A stretch of DNA of 64,000 nt from Blastocladiella emersonii ATCC 22665 (Eukaryota; Fungi; Blastocladiomycota). The notes under the pieces are model-generated. The model ran no database searches. It was not told the origin of the DNA and saw only the letters and a list, made by a program, of their open reading frames with translations. Location: the NCBI GenBank assembly GCA_025594325.1, contig JANHCV010000007.1, positions 930,001 through 994,000 on the forward strand, written 5' to 3'. Numbering within the stretch: the first letter of the stretch is position 1; every line of letters begins with the position of its first letter. This document shows, one piece after another, positions 1-12,637 of this stretch. The position numbers and the translations under genes are program-made.

Positions 1-687
1 GTAGTCGAGACGAACTTGGTATACTAGTAACGTGCGGGAGGCGCATGTGTGAGCTTTGAGCGACCGACAAGTGAACGCAAAGGCGACGGACCAGCTCGAG
101 CGAGACCAGCGGGCCCTCAGCGGCCAGAATCTCGCAATAGTCCGGATAGTAGAACTCGCGGATGACCTTGATCCCCGCAAACGGCCCGTGGACCAGAATG
201 CACGCGCGGATCTGGCTCTTGAACGCCGGCGAGAGGTCACTCAGGTGCGTCCCGCGCGTCGGGTTCGCGGATGACTTGGACTGCGAGGTCCGCGCTCGAC
301 GTGCGCGTTTCGCGGGTCTGCCACGGAACAGTCATGTCAGGGCCGAGACAAAGTCATGCACAAGCGAAACGGGACGTCATACCGCACAGTCTCCACTTCC
401 TCGCCGTCCACATCGCTGCGGTCGTCGAACGCGGCTTCGCCGCCGGTCGCTTCCTCCTCCTCGTAGTCCATGTCCTCGCCATTGTCCTCGGCCATGAACA
501 CATCATCATCGTCTTCATCACCAAGCGGCGCCTTGCGCTTCGTGCGAGTAGCGATCGGCGCGCCTGTGGACCGCGCGACGGCGGGTCCCTCGTTCGGGTT
601 GGACGGGATCCACCCCATTGGGGCGCGCATCTCTGGCCGAGCATCGGGGCGAGAGATGCTCTCGGGTGGCATTGCATCAAGATTCAT
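1..687 (-). CDS. Orphan tandem-family paralog C (acidic N-terminus plus conserved 'QIRAxILVHGPFA' domain); multi-exon, runs off the window start
   Basis: Minus-strand translation of 60-300 gives FKSQIRACILVHGPFAGIKVIREFYYPDYCEILAAEGPLVSLELV, homologous to the same block in ORFs 3311-4135 and 1676-2104. The acidic tract is in ORF 337-825; ATG at 687. Confidence 0.6.
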
Positions 688-821
688 GGGTTTTGATGAA
701 GGGTTTAGCGGGAGGGGTGGGGAGGACGCAGTTCCAGGTTCGCGTGGCGCAGGCTCGGCACGGCGACGGATCAAGCAGTTACAGAGACCGCGGGTCATAT
801 AATGATACAGGTGCACGCCAC

Positions 822-2342
822 TCACTCCTCGTGGTCGAGGAACGCGACGTCCGGGATCCCGTAGTCAGCGTCGCGGGGCACGTCCACGATGCGACTGTCC
901 TGCTTGATCTGCCGCACCACGCGATCGTTGTACAGCTTGTCGATGAGCTCGCGCGAGGCCTTTGCGAACCGCTTGCCGAGCGGCCCGTCGCGCTGGCTGA
1001 GCGCGGCCATGACCTCGTTGTACAGCTGCGGCAGCGGCGGCAAGTTGCGGCCGTTGATGCCCAAGTGCGACGTGATGCCGACGTTGGCCTAGCCAGTACG
1101 ATTGAGTGAGCGACTGAGTGGGTGTGCGTGCGACCCAGCGCAGTGGACTGAATCGTACGAGGACCGCGATCGTCGCGACGATGACGGGCGCAAGTCCGCG
1201 GAGCGACGCTGACTTGACCCCAGCCGCGCCGGTGCGGGCCACACGCTTGTTGAGTCGCTGGAGGTGCGCTTCGACGGCGCCGAACCGGCTCCCTACACAC
1301 GCGCGCGTGTCGTGTCAGCGAGGAAAGCGAGCAGCACGAGTCGGTGTCACGAAGGGAAACAAGGGCACCGTCGCGATGGTTTACGGCCCGTTTCACGACT
1401 TCGGCAAGGAACGGGTGCAGAGCAAACTCGCCGCCTTCATTGCCCGTCGGCTGCTGGACCATCCAGTGCAGGGACGTCCTTGTTCGCACCGCGCGCCGGC
1501 AACGTCGGGCGAATGGCCGCGGTGGACTTGCATTTGAACAGCCTGGTCGTGATCGCGTTGAGCTGAGAGCGGAGATGGTGGACAACGTCCAAGAACAGCG
1601 CGTGGTACTAGGTCACGCACGGATCCATCAGTTCGAACTGACCTTGCCGATCGTCCAACAACGCAGCGCGGTGGGTCAGCTTACCTCATCAAAGCCAAGG
1701 GACTCGCCGCCGGGAGCCAGCTCCAGATAGCCGGCGTAGCAGTGCTGGCGGACCACGTCAGGCTCAGCGAACGGCCCGTAGATCAGGACGCTCGCGCGAA
1801 TCTGCATCCGGATGCTTGAGGTCACGTCGGTCTCTGACCCGCTCCGCTGGCGTTTTGCCGCGGGCCTGAGGTTCGAGTAAGCTACAGCATCGCAAAAGCG
1901 GAACGCGAAGCAACACGTGTCCATCCTTGTCAACATCATCGTCTTCTTCGTCGTCCTCCTCCTCTTCATCGTCCTCCTCCTCTTCGTCGTCCTCCTCGCC
2001 GACGTTGCCCTGATCCTCGTCGTCCTCATTGTCGCGATCGTCCTCATTGTCGCGATCGTCCTCGGAGAGCAGCTCGTTGATGCTGGACACGTCCGACAGG
2101 TCATCCATGCCGTCCTCTTCCTTGATTGACGCGGCCACCTCCCCGGGCTCCATCTCCGGCGTGCCCTCTCGAGCGGACATGAGCGCTGGCCCGTCGTTCG
2201 GCTGATCGACGCGAGGACGATGGCGGGGTGTGCGCCCTTTCAAGGCGCTTGCCGCGGCGCGCGCCGGCGGCGTCCACCCCGCCGCGCCGCGGTCCTGGAT
2301 GCGCCAGCTACGGCGAGTCGGGTCCGTTGCATGAGGTTCCAT
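822..2342 (-). CDS. Orphan tandem-family paralog B, multi-exon
   Basis: Starts MEPHAT (ATG 2342), then a D/E tract, MQIRASVLIYGPFA, SLHWMV...FALHPFL, and a last exon ITSHLGINGRNLPPLPQLY...GPLGKRFAK...GIPDVAFLDHEE*. Each block matches paralog A. Confidence 0.6.
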
Positions 2343-2537
2343 GGTCGGTGCAGGTGCGCGTCGCCGTGGTTCGTCCAACACGGAGGGAAGAAGCGAGCCG
2401 CTGGGCTTCGTTTCAGCCGCGGCAGCGTGGCGCAACGCGTTTCTCCAACCATGTCTCGACTGAGAGCGGCCACGGAGCTGAGCAGGTAACAAACCTTTGA
2501 TGAGTTGAAGTACGGGACACTCTGGCACGCAATAGCC

Positions 2538-4036
2538 TCACTCCTCCTCATTGTCGCTGCCGAGGAACGCCGCGATCGGGATCCCCGACAGCGCCTCGCG
2601 CTGCACCGCAACGTCCTTGGCGCGCGCCTTGACGTTCGAGTTGTGGATCAGCTCGCGGCACCTCTTGGCGAGCCGGAGTCCGAGCGGCCCGTGCTTGTCC
2701 TTGAGCGCCTCGAGGAGCGCCGCGTACAGGTCCAGCAGCGGCGGGAGGTTGCTGGTGGACACGCCCAGGTGGGTTGTGATCGCCGCGTTGATCTGATGCG
2801 GGTAGCCGCAGTGAGCGCGCGCAACGGTGAGGTGAAGCGAGGGAGGAGGGGAGCGTACATAGCACGCCGTCGTGACCACCATGTGCGGCGCGAGCTGCTC
2901 CAGGGTAACGGGCTTGCGCGGGGGGTCGGCGCAGCGACGCCTTGGCCACGCGCGCGTTGAGGCGGTCGAGGTAGCTGGACATGGTCGCGAGGCAGCTTCC
3001 TGTGCGATGGTGCCCGGTCAGCAGCGCGGTGCAAGAGTCAAGTGGGACCCGTACCGGTATGCTAGCGAAGCACGCCCTGCGCCGCTGTCACGAGGAGCGG
3101 GTAAATGTCAAACGCGCCCGCGGTCTTGTCTTCGGCCGGCACGAGCATCCACGCCAGGTTGTACTCGAGGCCGCGCAGCTCCCGCTTCAGTACAGGGATG
3201 GGGAAGGCCGGAATCGGTAGGTCAGGCTCGGTGCCCGACATGAGCCGTTTCACGGCGTTGATCTGCTGGTTGTGACCAATGCGGACCATAGTCCCCACGT
3301 AGCTTGTGTACTAGACCGCCGTGGGCGTATGGGGTGAGAAAACGATCGAGTGCGCGCGGGGAGACAAGGTCGGAAAGCGCACCTGCTCGAGCGGGACCAG
3401 CGTGCCCTCCGCGGCAAAGACCTTGGTGTAGTCGACAAAGTGGAAGGCACGGATCACTTCCTTGGTCGCGAACGGCCCGTGGACCAGGATGTGCGCGCGG
3501 ATCTGGTTCTTGAACGCAAGCGGCATGTGCTTGAGGTAGGTGCCGCCGCGCAGCGGGTGGTACTTGGGCTTCCGGCTCACCCGGCCGGTGGGCCGTCCTG
3601 CGGAGCTGCCACGAAGGTGGACGAACGGGGTGAGCGGCGAGCGACCCACATTGCTCCAACGGAGCGCAGGGAACACGTACTGCGTGTCCTCATCGTCGCT
3701 GCCACTCTTAACAGCGTTGAGATCCTTGTCCGCCTCCTCGTACTCCACATCATCGTAATTGTTGTCATCGTCCTCCTCCTCCTCCTCCGAGCCATGCTCG
3801 TCCTCTTCCTTGTCGCTATCATCGACGCGACTACTGCACGCAGCTGCGGTGGCCACCGCAGAAGCGCGGAAGGCGCGCCGACGACGCTTCGTGCCCGCGA
3901 CGAGCTGCGCGGTCGCCCGCTCCTCGTTGGGCATGGACGGGGGCCGCAACGGCGCGGCGTTCGGAGCACGGGTCGGCGAGCGGGACTCGCGACGACTGCC
4001 GCGCTTCGTGCGGGTAGCAATTGCATGGGGCTTCAT
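2538..4036 (-). CDS. Orphan tandem-family paralog A, multi-exon
   Basis: Starts MKPHAI (ATG 4036), then an acidic tract, FKNQIRAHILVHGPFA, NLAWML...FDIYPLL, and a last exon ITTHLGVSTSNLPPLLDLY...GPLGLRLAK...GIPIAAFLGSDNEEE*. Confidence 0.65.
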
Positions 4037-4868
4037 GGTTGAGTTGGGTTGGGGTTGGGGAGCGCTGACCTCCAACTTGCGCCGGCTCAACGACTTGAGC
4101 GCGAGCGGGGCAACGCGCTGATCACTGCCCCGCAATCACATGATTTCGCAACGCGTCTCGCAGATCCGTCCGCAAGTGCGGCCGACCTTCCGGCAATGTT
4201 ACGCACTCACCCTCATGAGACAGTCGACGCGACGTTATGGATGACAATTGCATGATGTGATGGCTCGAACGGCTCCGCGACAGCCGTCGAGGGTCGGGAA
4301 CGCGTCTCGTGTCGCTCCACGCATCACCAAACCGTGCCCCAGCCATTTGAAGTGGATCCACCCAGGATCCAGCCGTGGACTGGATGGACCTCGGGAGGAT
4401 GTGGATCGCGATATTACTCTTCTGCATCAAGCGTGGATCAAGCTTGGGCGAGCTGGATCCACCCACAAATCGTGCGGACCTCTCAGATGGATCCAGATTT
4501 TGGTCAAGGTGGATCTTGAGCTTGATCCAGCAATGAATTCGCCTCGCCTCGGCGTGGATCACGCCGGGATCAAGGCGTGGGGCCTCGGCAGGCGCGGTTT
4601 GGTGATGTGCTTGCAGCAGCGGGCGGCAGGGCGGGTTGTGTCAGGATTCTGGCGCCGCAGCGGCCAATCAGCAGCGGTCAGCCGGACCGCCCGCTTCGTT
4701 GCTCTGCTCTGCTCTGCTCTTGCGCACCGACTCTCCTCGCTTCCGCCTCGGACAACTTCGTGCATCGGAACACGACGGCGACCACCACCCGCAATGTAAT
4801 ACTTCAGAGACGCATGCTGGAAAACCCAATCCGACCCACGCAAGACGCCGTTCGAGCCCTTCGCGGCG

Positions 4869-6608
4869 GTGGCCATGCATACCCGCTCCCTCGTGCGCCC
4901 GTGGCTCTTGCCGTTCGACCCGTTCGAACCAGCCGTGCGCTTGTTACGCAGGGTCGTGCCATGTGCGGCGACTCGTCGTTCACGCCGTTTGCACGCACTG
5001 AGTGCTTGCACTCATCGTGCTATCGGCCTTCCCGCACAATCATCTCGCCTTGCCCTCAGCATCCGTTGCCGCGAATCGCTTACTCACTATGCGAACCCCG
5101 TCCGTTCCTCCAGGTCCGGCTTGACTGATTCTACCGCGCCGCCCTTGGCCAACAACTTTGCGAAATTGATTGCTTCTCTCAATCCGTATCAGCTGGCCTT
5201 ATGGGACGCGGCACATAGCACCACCACCGCTCTGCCGACCGCCGCCGCCCCGCTCGGCGGCGAGATCACGCCCGTCCAGCAGCACGACGCCATGGACCAG
5301 GAGGAGATGGACGTGGACAGCGTAATCGCCAAGGACGCCGCCGAGTCGCTGTCCAACAACAACACGGGTCCGGTCCGCACCTCGGCCGTCAAGACCGCCG
5401 CCGCCCCGCACGGCGACGAGATCGCGCCCGCTGAGACCACCGCCGCCAGGTCGCTGCCCAGGGACACAGGCTCGGTCCGCACCTTGGCCGTCAAGACCGC
5501 CGACGCCCCGCACGGCGACGAGATCGCGCTCGTCGAGACCACCGCCGCCGGGTCGCTGCCCAAGGACACGGGCTCGGTCCGCACCTCGGCCGTCGAGATC
5601 ACCGCCGCCCCGCTTGGCACCGAGATCACCGCCGCCCCGCTTGGCGACGAGATCACGCCCGTCCAGCAGCACGACGCCATGGACCAGGAGAAGAAGGACG
5701 CTGCCGCCGACTCGCTGCCCAAGAACACGGGCTCGGTCCGCACTTCGGCCGTCGAGACCGCCGCCGATTCTACCACGCCGCCCTCAGCTGAGTGCACGCC
5801 GGGCACGCCCATCACGTCGGGACTCGCCACCTGGCCCAAGGACATCGTGGAATTGTTAGAGTGTATCTCTGCGGATCAGCTGGCTGCAGCCATTGAGTGC
5901 ATCAACGTGGACTTTGGCTTCATCCGCAAGGGCGACATTGACGAAAAGGCGCTGGCCAAGGGCGATGAGGTACGTTTCTTGTGCTCCGGCGTTCTCATGT
6001 ACCGTTCGCTGACATCTCGTGTCTGATAGGAACCCAACGCCGAGCACGACTGCGCAACGCCCATGGAACCAGCCGGCGACTCGGACGCAGTGGCGCAGGT
6101 GGGGTTGACAACTCGCCCATTGCGCATCAACGCGCGCGACAAGAAGCAGATTGGGCAGTCGGACGCGGCGGTGGTTGTTCCCGAGGAGCGCCAAGCTCAC
6201 GCGGCCGGCATGGCGGCGGCCACCAAGAAGCAGGCCGTGCCCAAGAAGCGGACTGCGTCCAAGACTGACGCAGTCAACCTGCGGCCGTCCAAGACCTGCA
6301 AGTTAAGCGCGGCGGCAGTCGTTCCCGAGGAGCACCTGGATCACGCAGCCAGCATGGCGGCGGCCACCAAGAAGCAGACTGTGCCCAAGAAGCAGACTGC
6401 GTCCAAGGCTGATGCAGTTGATCTGCGGCAGTCCAAGACCCGTAAGTTGAGCGCACCAGGCGACGACTTGATGTTCACCAGCCAGGTGTTCATGCTTACC
6501 TCTGATCCTTCTCTCAACCGCTTGCTCTACAAGATCGCGGTGCTTTGTCTTCAGCGCGGCAAATCAGAGGAGGAGGCGATCCGCAAGCTCAAGAAGATGT
6601 TGCGGTAA
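4869..6608 (+). CDS. Hypothetical repeat-containing protein (34-aa tandem repeats, duplicated KKQ-rich block); 5' start uncertain
   Basis: ORFs 4869-6026 and 6063-6608 join in frame through a GT..AG intron at 5970-6029 (GCTGAC branch-like site). Repeat starts at 5372, 5474 and 5576 give a 102-bp period. Confidence 0.55.
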
Positions 6609-6899
6609 TCATCATATGCCCTCGAATCCGAGACGAATACAATGTCTCCTTTATTCTTCATTCACTATGGGTGGCTCGGAACATCATGCCGTGCCGATTC
6701 GCGCGTGAACTTGAACTTGAACTTGCTTGACTTGCGACTGAACTGCCGCTTCACCGCGGCTCTCAATGCCCGCCGGCCGCTGATAGCGAACGCGCGGCCA
6801 GCTCTCTCCGCGGCCATGCCAAATCGCGGGTTCACCGCGGCTCTCAGTGTGCGCCGGCCACCGATAGCGAGCGCGCGGCCAGCTTATCCATGCGGGTGC

Positions 6900-7373
6900 T
6901 TCGTCAGCCTGTCCACAAGGGCGGGGGTGAGCGTGAGCCGAGCAATGGCGCTGACCACGTGTGTCGTCGTACTGCGTGTCCTCGTTTAGGTCGCCCACAT
7001 CACCAGCAACCTCCTCGTCGTTGTCGCTGTGCACCTCGAGACTATCGCCCGCCTCCTCGTAGATCGTGTCATCCACATCGTCGTCCCCGCTACTGTCGCC
7101 CTCCTCCTGCTCCTCCTCATCACCGCTGTTGACGCTACGGCACGCAACAGCGGCTGCAGTTGAAGCACGGGTTGAGCGCCCAGCGCGCTTAGTGCCCGCG
7201 ACCAACACGTTCTCCAGCGGTGGCAGTGGCGGTGGCGGCGGCGGCGGGACCTCGCCCTCCTCCTTCGGACGAGACAAGAGCCACGCCATCGCGGCGTTTG
7301 GCGCGCGGATTGGGATGTGAACTTCAATCCGGAGCCGGCGCTTCAGGCCGGGCGCTATTGCAGCAGGATACAT
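6900..7373 (-). pseudogene. Truncated paralog D of the orphan tandem family
   Basis: LVAGTKR...RAS...AC...DEEE...YEEA...EDTQY aligns with the N-terminal half of paralog A, but no downstream QIRA/HGPF domain follows. Confidence 0.45.
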
Positions 7374-8036
7374 GGCTGGCTCTCGGTACTGGTGTTGGTG
7401 GGGAGGAGCGGCGGCTTCAACGGAGGGCGGCGGCGAGTGGAGCGAGGGCCTACGCGTGGCGCGAAGATCATCACCGCACCGTGATCACCTGTTTTGCAAC
7501 GCGTCTCGCAGCTCGGCGCGGGCTCGCTCCACCAGCACCTCTGGCTCCACTCGAACTCAGGCCGCGCACTATCCGATTGATGTTACGTTGTCCGTCTCAC
7601 TGATCGGTCCAACCCATGCAGTACATTGGCTGCCTCAACCACGGCCCACAGCGGCCACGCGTTGCGCCACTCCTCCCCTCCTAGCTGACCTGAGCGCTCA
7701 AGTGCACGGGGCCGGCGGCACCAACAGAGGGCGGCGCGAGAACTTGCGAGCGCGCGAAGACCGCCGTTCTTGCAGCGCGACTTGCGTTTGGGACGACTGC
7801 GAGCGGTGCTCGCGCATGCTGTGCTCGACCATTAAGTTGCGACGCTCCTCCTTTCCTTGCGGCCAACCTCAGCGCTTGAGAGCAAGCAGATTTCCCGTTC
7901 CCAACCCGATCCATTGCGCACCAACCTGATCCCACGCGCGCGCGCGCGCTGTGTCCGCGGTCGGGGACACTTGCGCGCGCCACAGCAAACGTATGTACAA
8001 AATTGCAAATCAATCCAATCAATTTCAACCCCCGGT

Positions 8037-10085
8037 TTACCGCGCATCGACGGCAATCGCGCGCTGCACGTTCTCCGTGGCGGTGCCGCGGCGGGGCACG
8101 CGGAGGTACGCGTCGGTGCCGAACCCGTCGAGGACGACCATGTCGAGCGACCCGCCCCAGAACTCGGCGTAGGTGCGCGCGAGCGGCGCGCCGAGCCCGA
8201 GGTGCCGCATCGGGTGCGTCGGCAGCGTGCGCGGCGTGCGCGTCGACCACTCGAGCGTCGACGTCGCGGGCACCGCGTGCGGCGGGGGCGGGGGCAGGAT
8301 CCCGCCGTCGGCCGCCCCAGAGTGGTCTTCGCCCCACAGCGCCGCGTCGTCGTCGTGCGCGAGCCCCGTCGGCCATCCACGCGGTGAGGCCGAAGTGTCC
8401 GAGTGCAGCGCACCCGTGAGCTGCTCGGCGACGGTGCCCGTCAGGTACGGCGTGCGCGCGAGCTGGTCGCGCTGGGACTGGAGCCACGCCGAGTCGTCCG
8501 AGGTCCCACTCCAGCTCACGGACGCGAGCACGGCGCGGCGCGCGACGAGCTCGGGGTCGACGGGCGGCATGACGGCGTCGGGCGAGGACCGGCGGACAAA
8601 CGAGAAGATGTGCGGGAGGACCGAGCGCGGGACGCCGCCGCCCTGGTCCGAGACGCGGACCACGACGTCGTCGGCGCTGACGGACAGCGTCACGACAATG
8701 GGGCGGGCGGCGAGCGCCTCGGCGTCGTAGAAGACCTCGGGCCCGCCGGCGATCGAGTCGTCGCGGTGGGTGGCGCGGCGGACCGTGGCGACCATGGCGT
8801 TCTTGAGCAGCTCCAGCAGAATGTACTCGAGGTGGTCGGGCAGGTACGGGAACACGACGTTGCGGGCGAGGTCCGAGGCGGCGGCGACCGTCACGGGCGG
8901 GACGACGGGCAGGCCCGGGAACGTGTGCTTGACGAGGGCCTCGGCAATGGCGGCGGCGCGCTCGATGCAGGCGAGGGCCGAGGTTTCGGTGTCGACGACG
9001 CCCGTGCGGGTCGAGGGGGTGAGCGAGGCGGCGAGCGCCGCGGCCGGGGTGGTGCCGGGCGAGGTGGGCGCGGGGCGGTGCTGGGCGAGGTGCCAGGCGC
9101 GGGTCAGGGCGAGGTGCTGCTGGGCGAGGACGCGGCGGCCGATGCGGCTGCGGAGCATCTCGGACATGAACGTGTCGACGGCTTTCGCGGACAGCACGCC
9201 GCGGTCGTGGCACTCGAGCAGGCCGAGGGCGAGGCGCGGGATGACCGAGCGGTGGTCCTTGAGCATCTGGCGGACGAGGGCGCAGAACTGGGCATTGTCG
9301 TCGGTTGTCTCGATGACGGGGTAGTTGCGGAACGTCTCGAAGGCCGTGTAGTAGTCGGAATACACGGACGACAGCAGCGGGTTGCTGACGGCGATGTAGG
9401 GCAGCGAGGTCTGGAAGTCGCGCAGGCGGTGGGCGAGGCGCACGGGCAGCTCCTCGCGCAGGTAGTTGGCCGACTTGATGAGCTTCTGCTCGTTGACGTG
9501 GCGGCCAAAGGTGATGAGCTGGCGCAGCGTCACGCGCGTCGGCTCGCGCGCCGCGTACTGCTCGAGGACCCGGCTCGCGTAGAAGTGCTGCCGCGCGTCG
9601 AGCACCGCGCCGGGAGCGGCGGCGGCGGGTTTCGCCGCGAGCGGCGACGATCGGCTTCCCGCGGCGGACGCGGCCGGGTGCGATCCGGGCGCGGACGCAA
9701 GCTTTTTTGGGGACAGGGCAGCCGCGGCCGCGTCGGTCGCGCGCGCGGCGGCCGCCGTGTGGGGACCGGCGGTCGCGTTTGCGCTAGCGCCGGCGAACGC
9801 GGGGAAGTGTTGATTAGAGTTGGCGGTTGCCGAATTCGACGACGCGGTGGACGGCGACGAGGGCGAGGCGGCAGAGGACGAGGCGGCAGTGGGAGACGAC
9901 GCGTGCGGGCCGCTCGACCACGGCGGGTGCGCGAGACCGGAGATGCCGGCGCGCTGGTGCAGGGCGCGCTTGCTCGCAGTGGTGGCGACGGCGTGGCGGT
10001 GATGGCTGCACCGGGCGGCGACCGACGCGGTGGGCGCGGCCGCGGTAGTGATGGTCGGTGCGCGCGCGGCGAGGAGTCGATGCAT
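8037..10085 (-). CDS. Mitochondrial pyruvate dehydrogenase kinase / BCKD kinase family protein (Pkp2-like)
   Basis: REPTRVTLRQLITFG...ELPVRLAHRLRDFQ.LPY (BCDHK N-domain), LLELLKNAM (N box), VSDQGGG (G1), LGLGAPLARTYAEFWGGSL (G2), GFGTDAYL. The Arg/Ser/Ala-rich N-terminus is consistent with a transit peptide. Confidence 0.9.
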   Translation of the reverse strand: MHRLLAARAPTITTAAAPTASVAARCSHHRHAVATTASKRALHQRAGISGLAHPPWSSGPHASSPTAASSSAASPSSPSTASSNSATANSNQHFPAFAGASANATAGPHTAAAARATDAAAAALSPKKLASAPGSHPAASAAGSRSSPLAAKPAAAAPGAVLDARQHFYASRVLEQYAAREPTRVTLRQLITFGRHVNEQKLIKSANYLREELPVRLAHRLRDFQTSLPYIAVSNPLLSSVYSDYYTAFETFRNYPVIETTDDNAQFCALVRQMLKDHRSVIPRLALGLLECHDRGVLSAKAVDTFMSEMLRSRIGRRVLAQQHLALTRAWHLAQHRPAPTSPGTTPAAALAASLTPSTRTGVVDTETSALACIERAAAIAEALVKHTFPGLPVVPPVTVAAASDLARNVVFPYLPDHLEYILLELLKNAMVATVRRATHRDDSIAGGPEVFYDAEALAARPIVVTLSVSADDVVVRVSDQGGGVPRSVLPHIFSFVRRSSPDAVMPPVDPELVARRAVLASVSWSGTSDDSAWLQSQRDQLARTPYLTGTVAEQLTGALHSDTSASPRGWPTGLAHDDDAALWGEDHSGAADGGILPPPPPHAVPATSTLEWSTRTPRTLPTHPMRHLGLGAPLARTYAEFWGGSLDMVVLDGFGTDAYLRVPRRGTATENVQRAIAVDAR

Positions 10086-10509
10086 GGCGATGAGGGTGAG
10101 GGCGGGGTACTGCTGTGATTTGTGCGAGTGTCGAGGGAGAGAGAGCGTGAGAAGGGAGCGGGTCCCTCTTGAGGCGGCGCGGATCGGAGCGAGACCGCGC
10201 GAGGTGTGGGGCTCGGGGTCGCCTTGCAGTGAACAAACGGGCGGGAAGGGTCAGCGAGGAACGAAACGAAGCGAGTCAGGCGCGCGGTCCGGCTGCTCGG
10301 CTCAACGCGACACCAGTGAAAACTCGCGACTTGCCTGAACCGGGTGACGTCGAGGTGGCGCCTCCCAGCCAATCGCAATCCGGCTCGTGACACCTTTTCC
10401 GCGTGTCCCGTGACCTTGACACCGCGTGATTGAAGGGATGACTCGGTCAGGCCACCGCGTGTTCGCGCTTTCCCTCTCTTGCAACGCACACCGACCGATC
10501 AGCAATGTA

Positions 10510-12464
10510 TTAGACGCGCGCAGGCCCGCCCGTGACGGCCGCCGCCAGCGCGCGGTCCGTCTCGATCGCCACGCTCGCCGCGAGAACGGGAACGGGAACG
10601 TGCGGCCGCGCCGACGACGCGCGCGAGCTCGGCCCGACCGACGACGTGGCCGGCGACGCCGTGTACACGCGCGCGCCCGCGCTACTGACCCGTGCACCGT
10701 GGGGCGTGGGCGACGTGGTCGACGCCACGTCGTCGTCCTCCGAGTCCGAGTCGAGGTCGTCGCTGAGCTCGCCGCGGTCGCCCCACCCGCGCACCGCTGG
10801 GTGCAGGGGACTGCTGCCCGAGGTCGTGGCCGGGCGAGACGTGTTGACCACCGACAGGATCGCGCCGAGGCCCTCGTCGAACACCTCGATGCCGCCAGCC
10901 GCTGTCGTGAAACACGTCGCGGAACCGGCGCTCGACGGGCGCGAGCTGCCCGGCACACGCTCGTACCGCCGCGGCACCGTATACGCGAGCCGGATCAGGC
11001 GCAGGTGGTTGAGGAAGCTACACCCGATCAAACCGTTAGTCTCGCCCAGCTTGCTCTGAGAGCGAACACCGTACCTCTCACGAAAATACGCCGCGACCGC
11101 GTCCGCCTGCGCCGCCGTGAGCACCTGCCACTTGTTCCCGCTCCCGTTCCCCGCCGCGCCCGCGCCCTCCGCCACTGCCGCAGCACTGCCCGTGACACCC
11201 GCAACTGTCGCCGTGTGGTACGCGAGCTCGCGCACCATGTACGTGTCCAGCACCGGCTGCAGGTGCTCGACCGGGATCACCGCCATGTTGGCTGCCAGCG
11301 ACGCGGGCGCCGACGCGGTGCCGCCCGCCGCGGCCGCGCCCGCCTTCTTGTTCATCACCGTCGACGACTTGGTCGTCTTCATGCTCGCCGTCGACCCCGT
11401 CGACGACGGCTTTTCGTTGGCCGCGGGCGTTGCGGGGGTCGCGGCGGTGGGATCGGTCAGGGCCGATTTGGGGACTACACGTTGGGTTGTGAGACTCGTT
11501 TGATGGAGGAAATCCGGGTAACGTACGCGTTGCCTGAACCCGGTCCATGAGCAGCTTGCCGAGCCCAAGCACCACACTCGTCTGCTCGCGCGTCATGCTC
11601 TGCTCCTTGCACCACCTACACCGCGCGCGTCGCTTAGCGACCTGATTCCTTCTCGTAAGCCGTCCGCGTAAACGTACTGCCAATTGGCGTGGTGGAACTG
11701 CACCAGGTGCTTGTCGCGCAGGTCGCTGCTGCGTAGGTACGCCGGCGCCCGCGGCACCGCCTGCCGCAGTCGCACTCGCTCAGCCCATTTCCTACACCTC
11801 AGTCGCGGTCAGTCTCGGCCTCGTCATATCGCGCGAAAAGTCAAACGTACGCCATGAGCGCAATCTCGCGCTCCGCCTCGGCCAGCACCGCCTGCGCCTC
11901 GAGCGGGTCCGCCGCCGCTGCCGCTGCGTCCGACTTGACAGCCGGCGCGCCAGCCTTCTTCCGCGGCGGCGCGCTCCCAATGATCCCGCGCGGCTCGACC
12001 GTCCATGGCACGTCGGGCACCGCCGCGAGCGCGTCCAGCTCGCCCAGAAAGTCGGCGTGCACGAACACGTCGAGCAGCGGGATGCACTCGCCGCCGTCGC
12101 CGTACGCTTCCTCGGGCACCGCCTACACAACAACGGGTTGAGTACACGCAAAACGCGGCGTTTCCAAGCGTCGTACCTCTTCCATGACCATCCCGCCGCC
12201 GCCGCGCGCCCGCCGGCTCGTGCTCCCCGCGGGGTTGGTCGACGGCTTCGTCTCGCCATGACCTCCGGGAGCAGCGGTTGTTGTCGACGCAGTGGCAGCA
12301 GCAGTTCCAGCCGCACCGCCCTTGCCCTTGCCCTGCGCGCCGCTGCCCGACGCGCCGCCGGCATTCGAGCCGTTGTTGGTCGATGCGGACCGGCCCGTCG
12401 ACGAGCCGGGACGCGCGCGTCCACCGCTGCCTTGCCGCGTTCCTGAGGGTTTAGAGGTTGACAT
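10510..12464 (-). CDS. Hypothetical multi-exon protein
   Basis: Consecutive coding-like segments on the minus strand: MSTSKPSG (ATG 12464), 11841-12119, YLRSSDLRDKHLVQFHHANWQYVYADG (~11640-11740), and 10510-11460. They are separated by short intron-sized gaps. Family not recognised. Confidence 0.55.
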
Positions 12465-12637
12465 GGTTTGGATGCATCGACTCGTTCCGCAAAAAGAGCG
12501 AGGAGCTCCGACGAGGCGAGACGAGATGTGAGGCGCGACGCGTTCCATCAGGGTCAGGTGAGTGGCGCAACGCGTCTCTCAAAAAAGGCTCCGAGTGAAG
12601 TCAGGAAAATTGTACATTATTGCAAACTTAACTCAAA

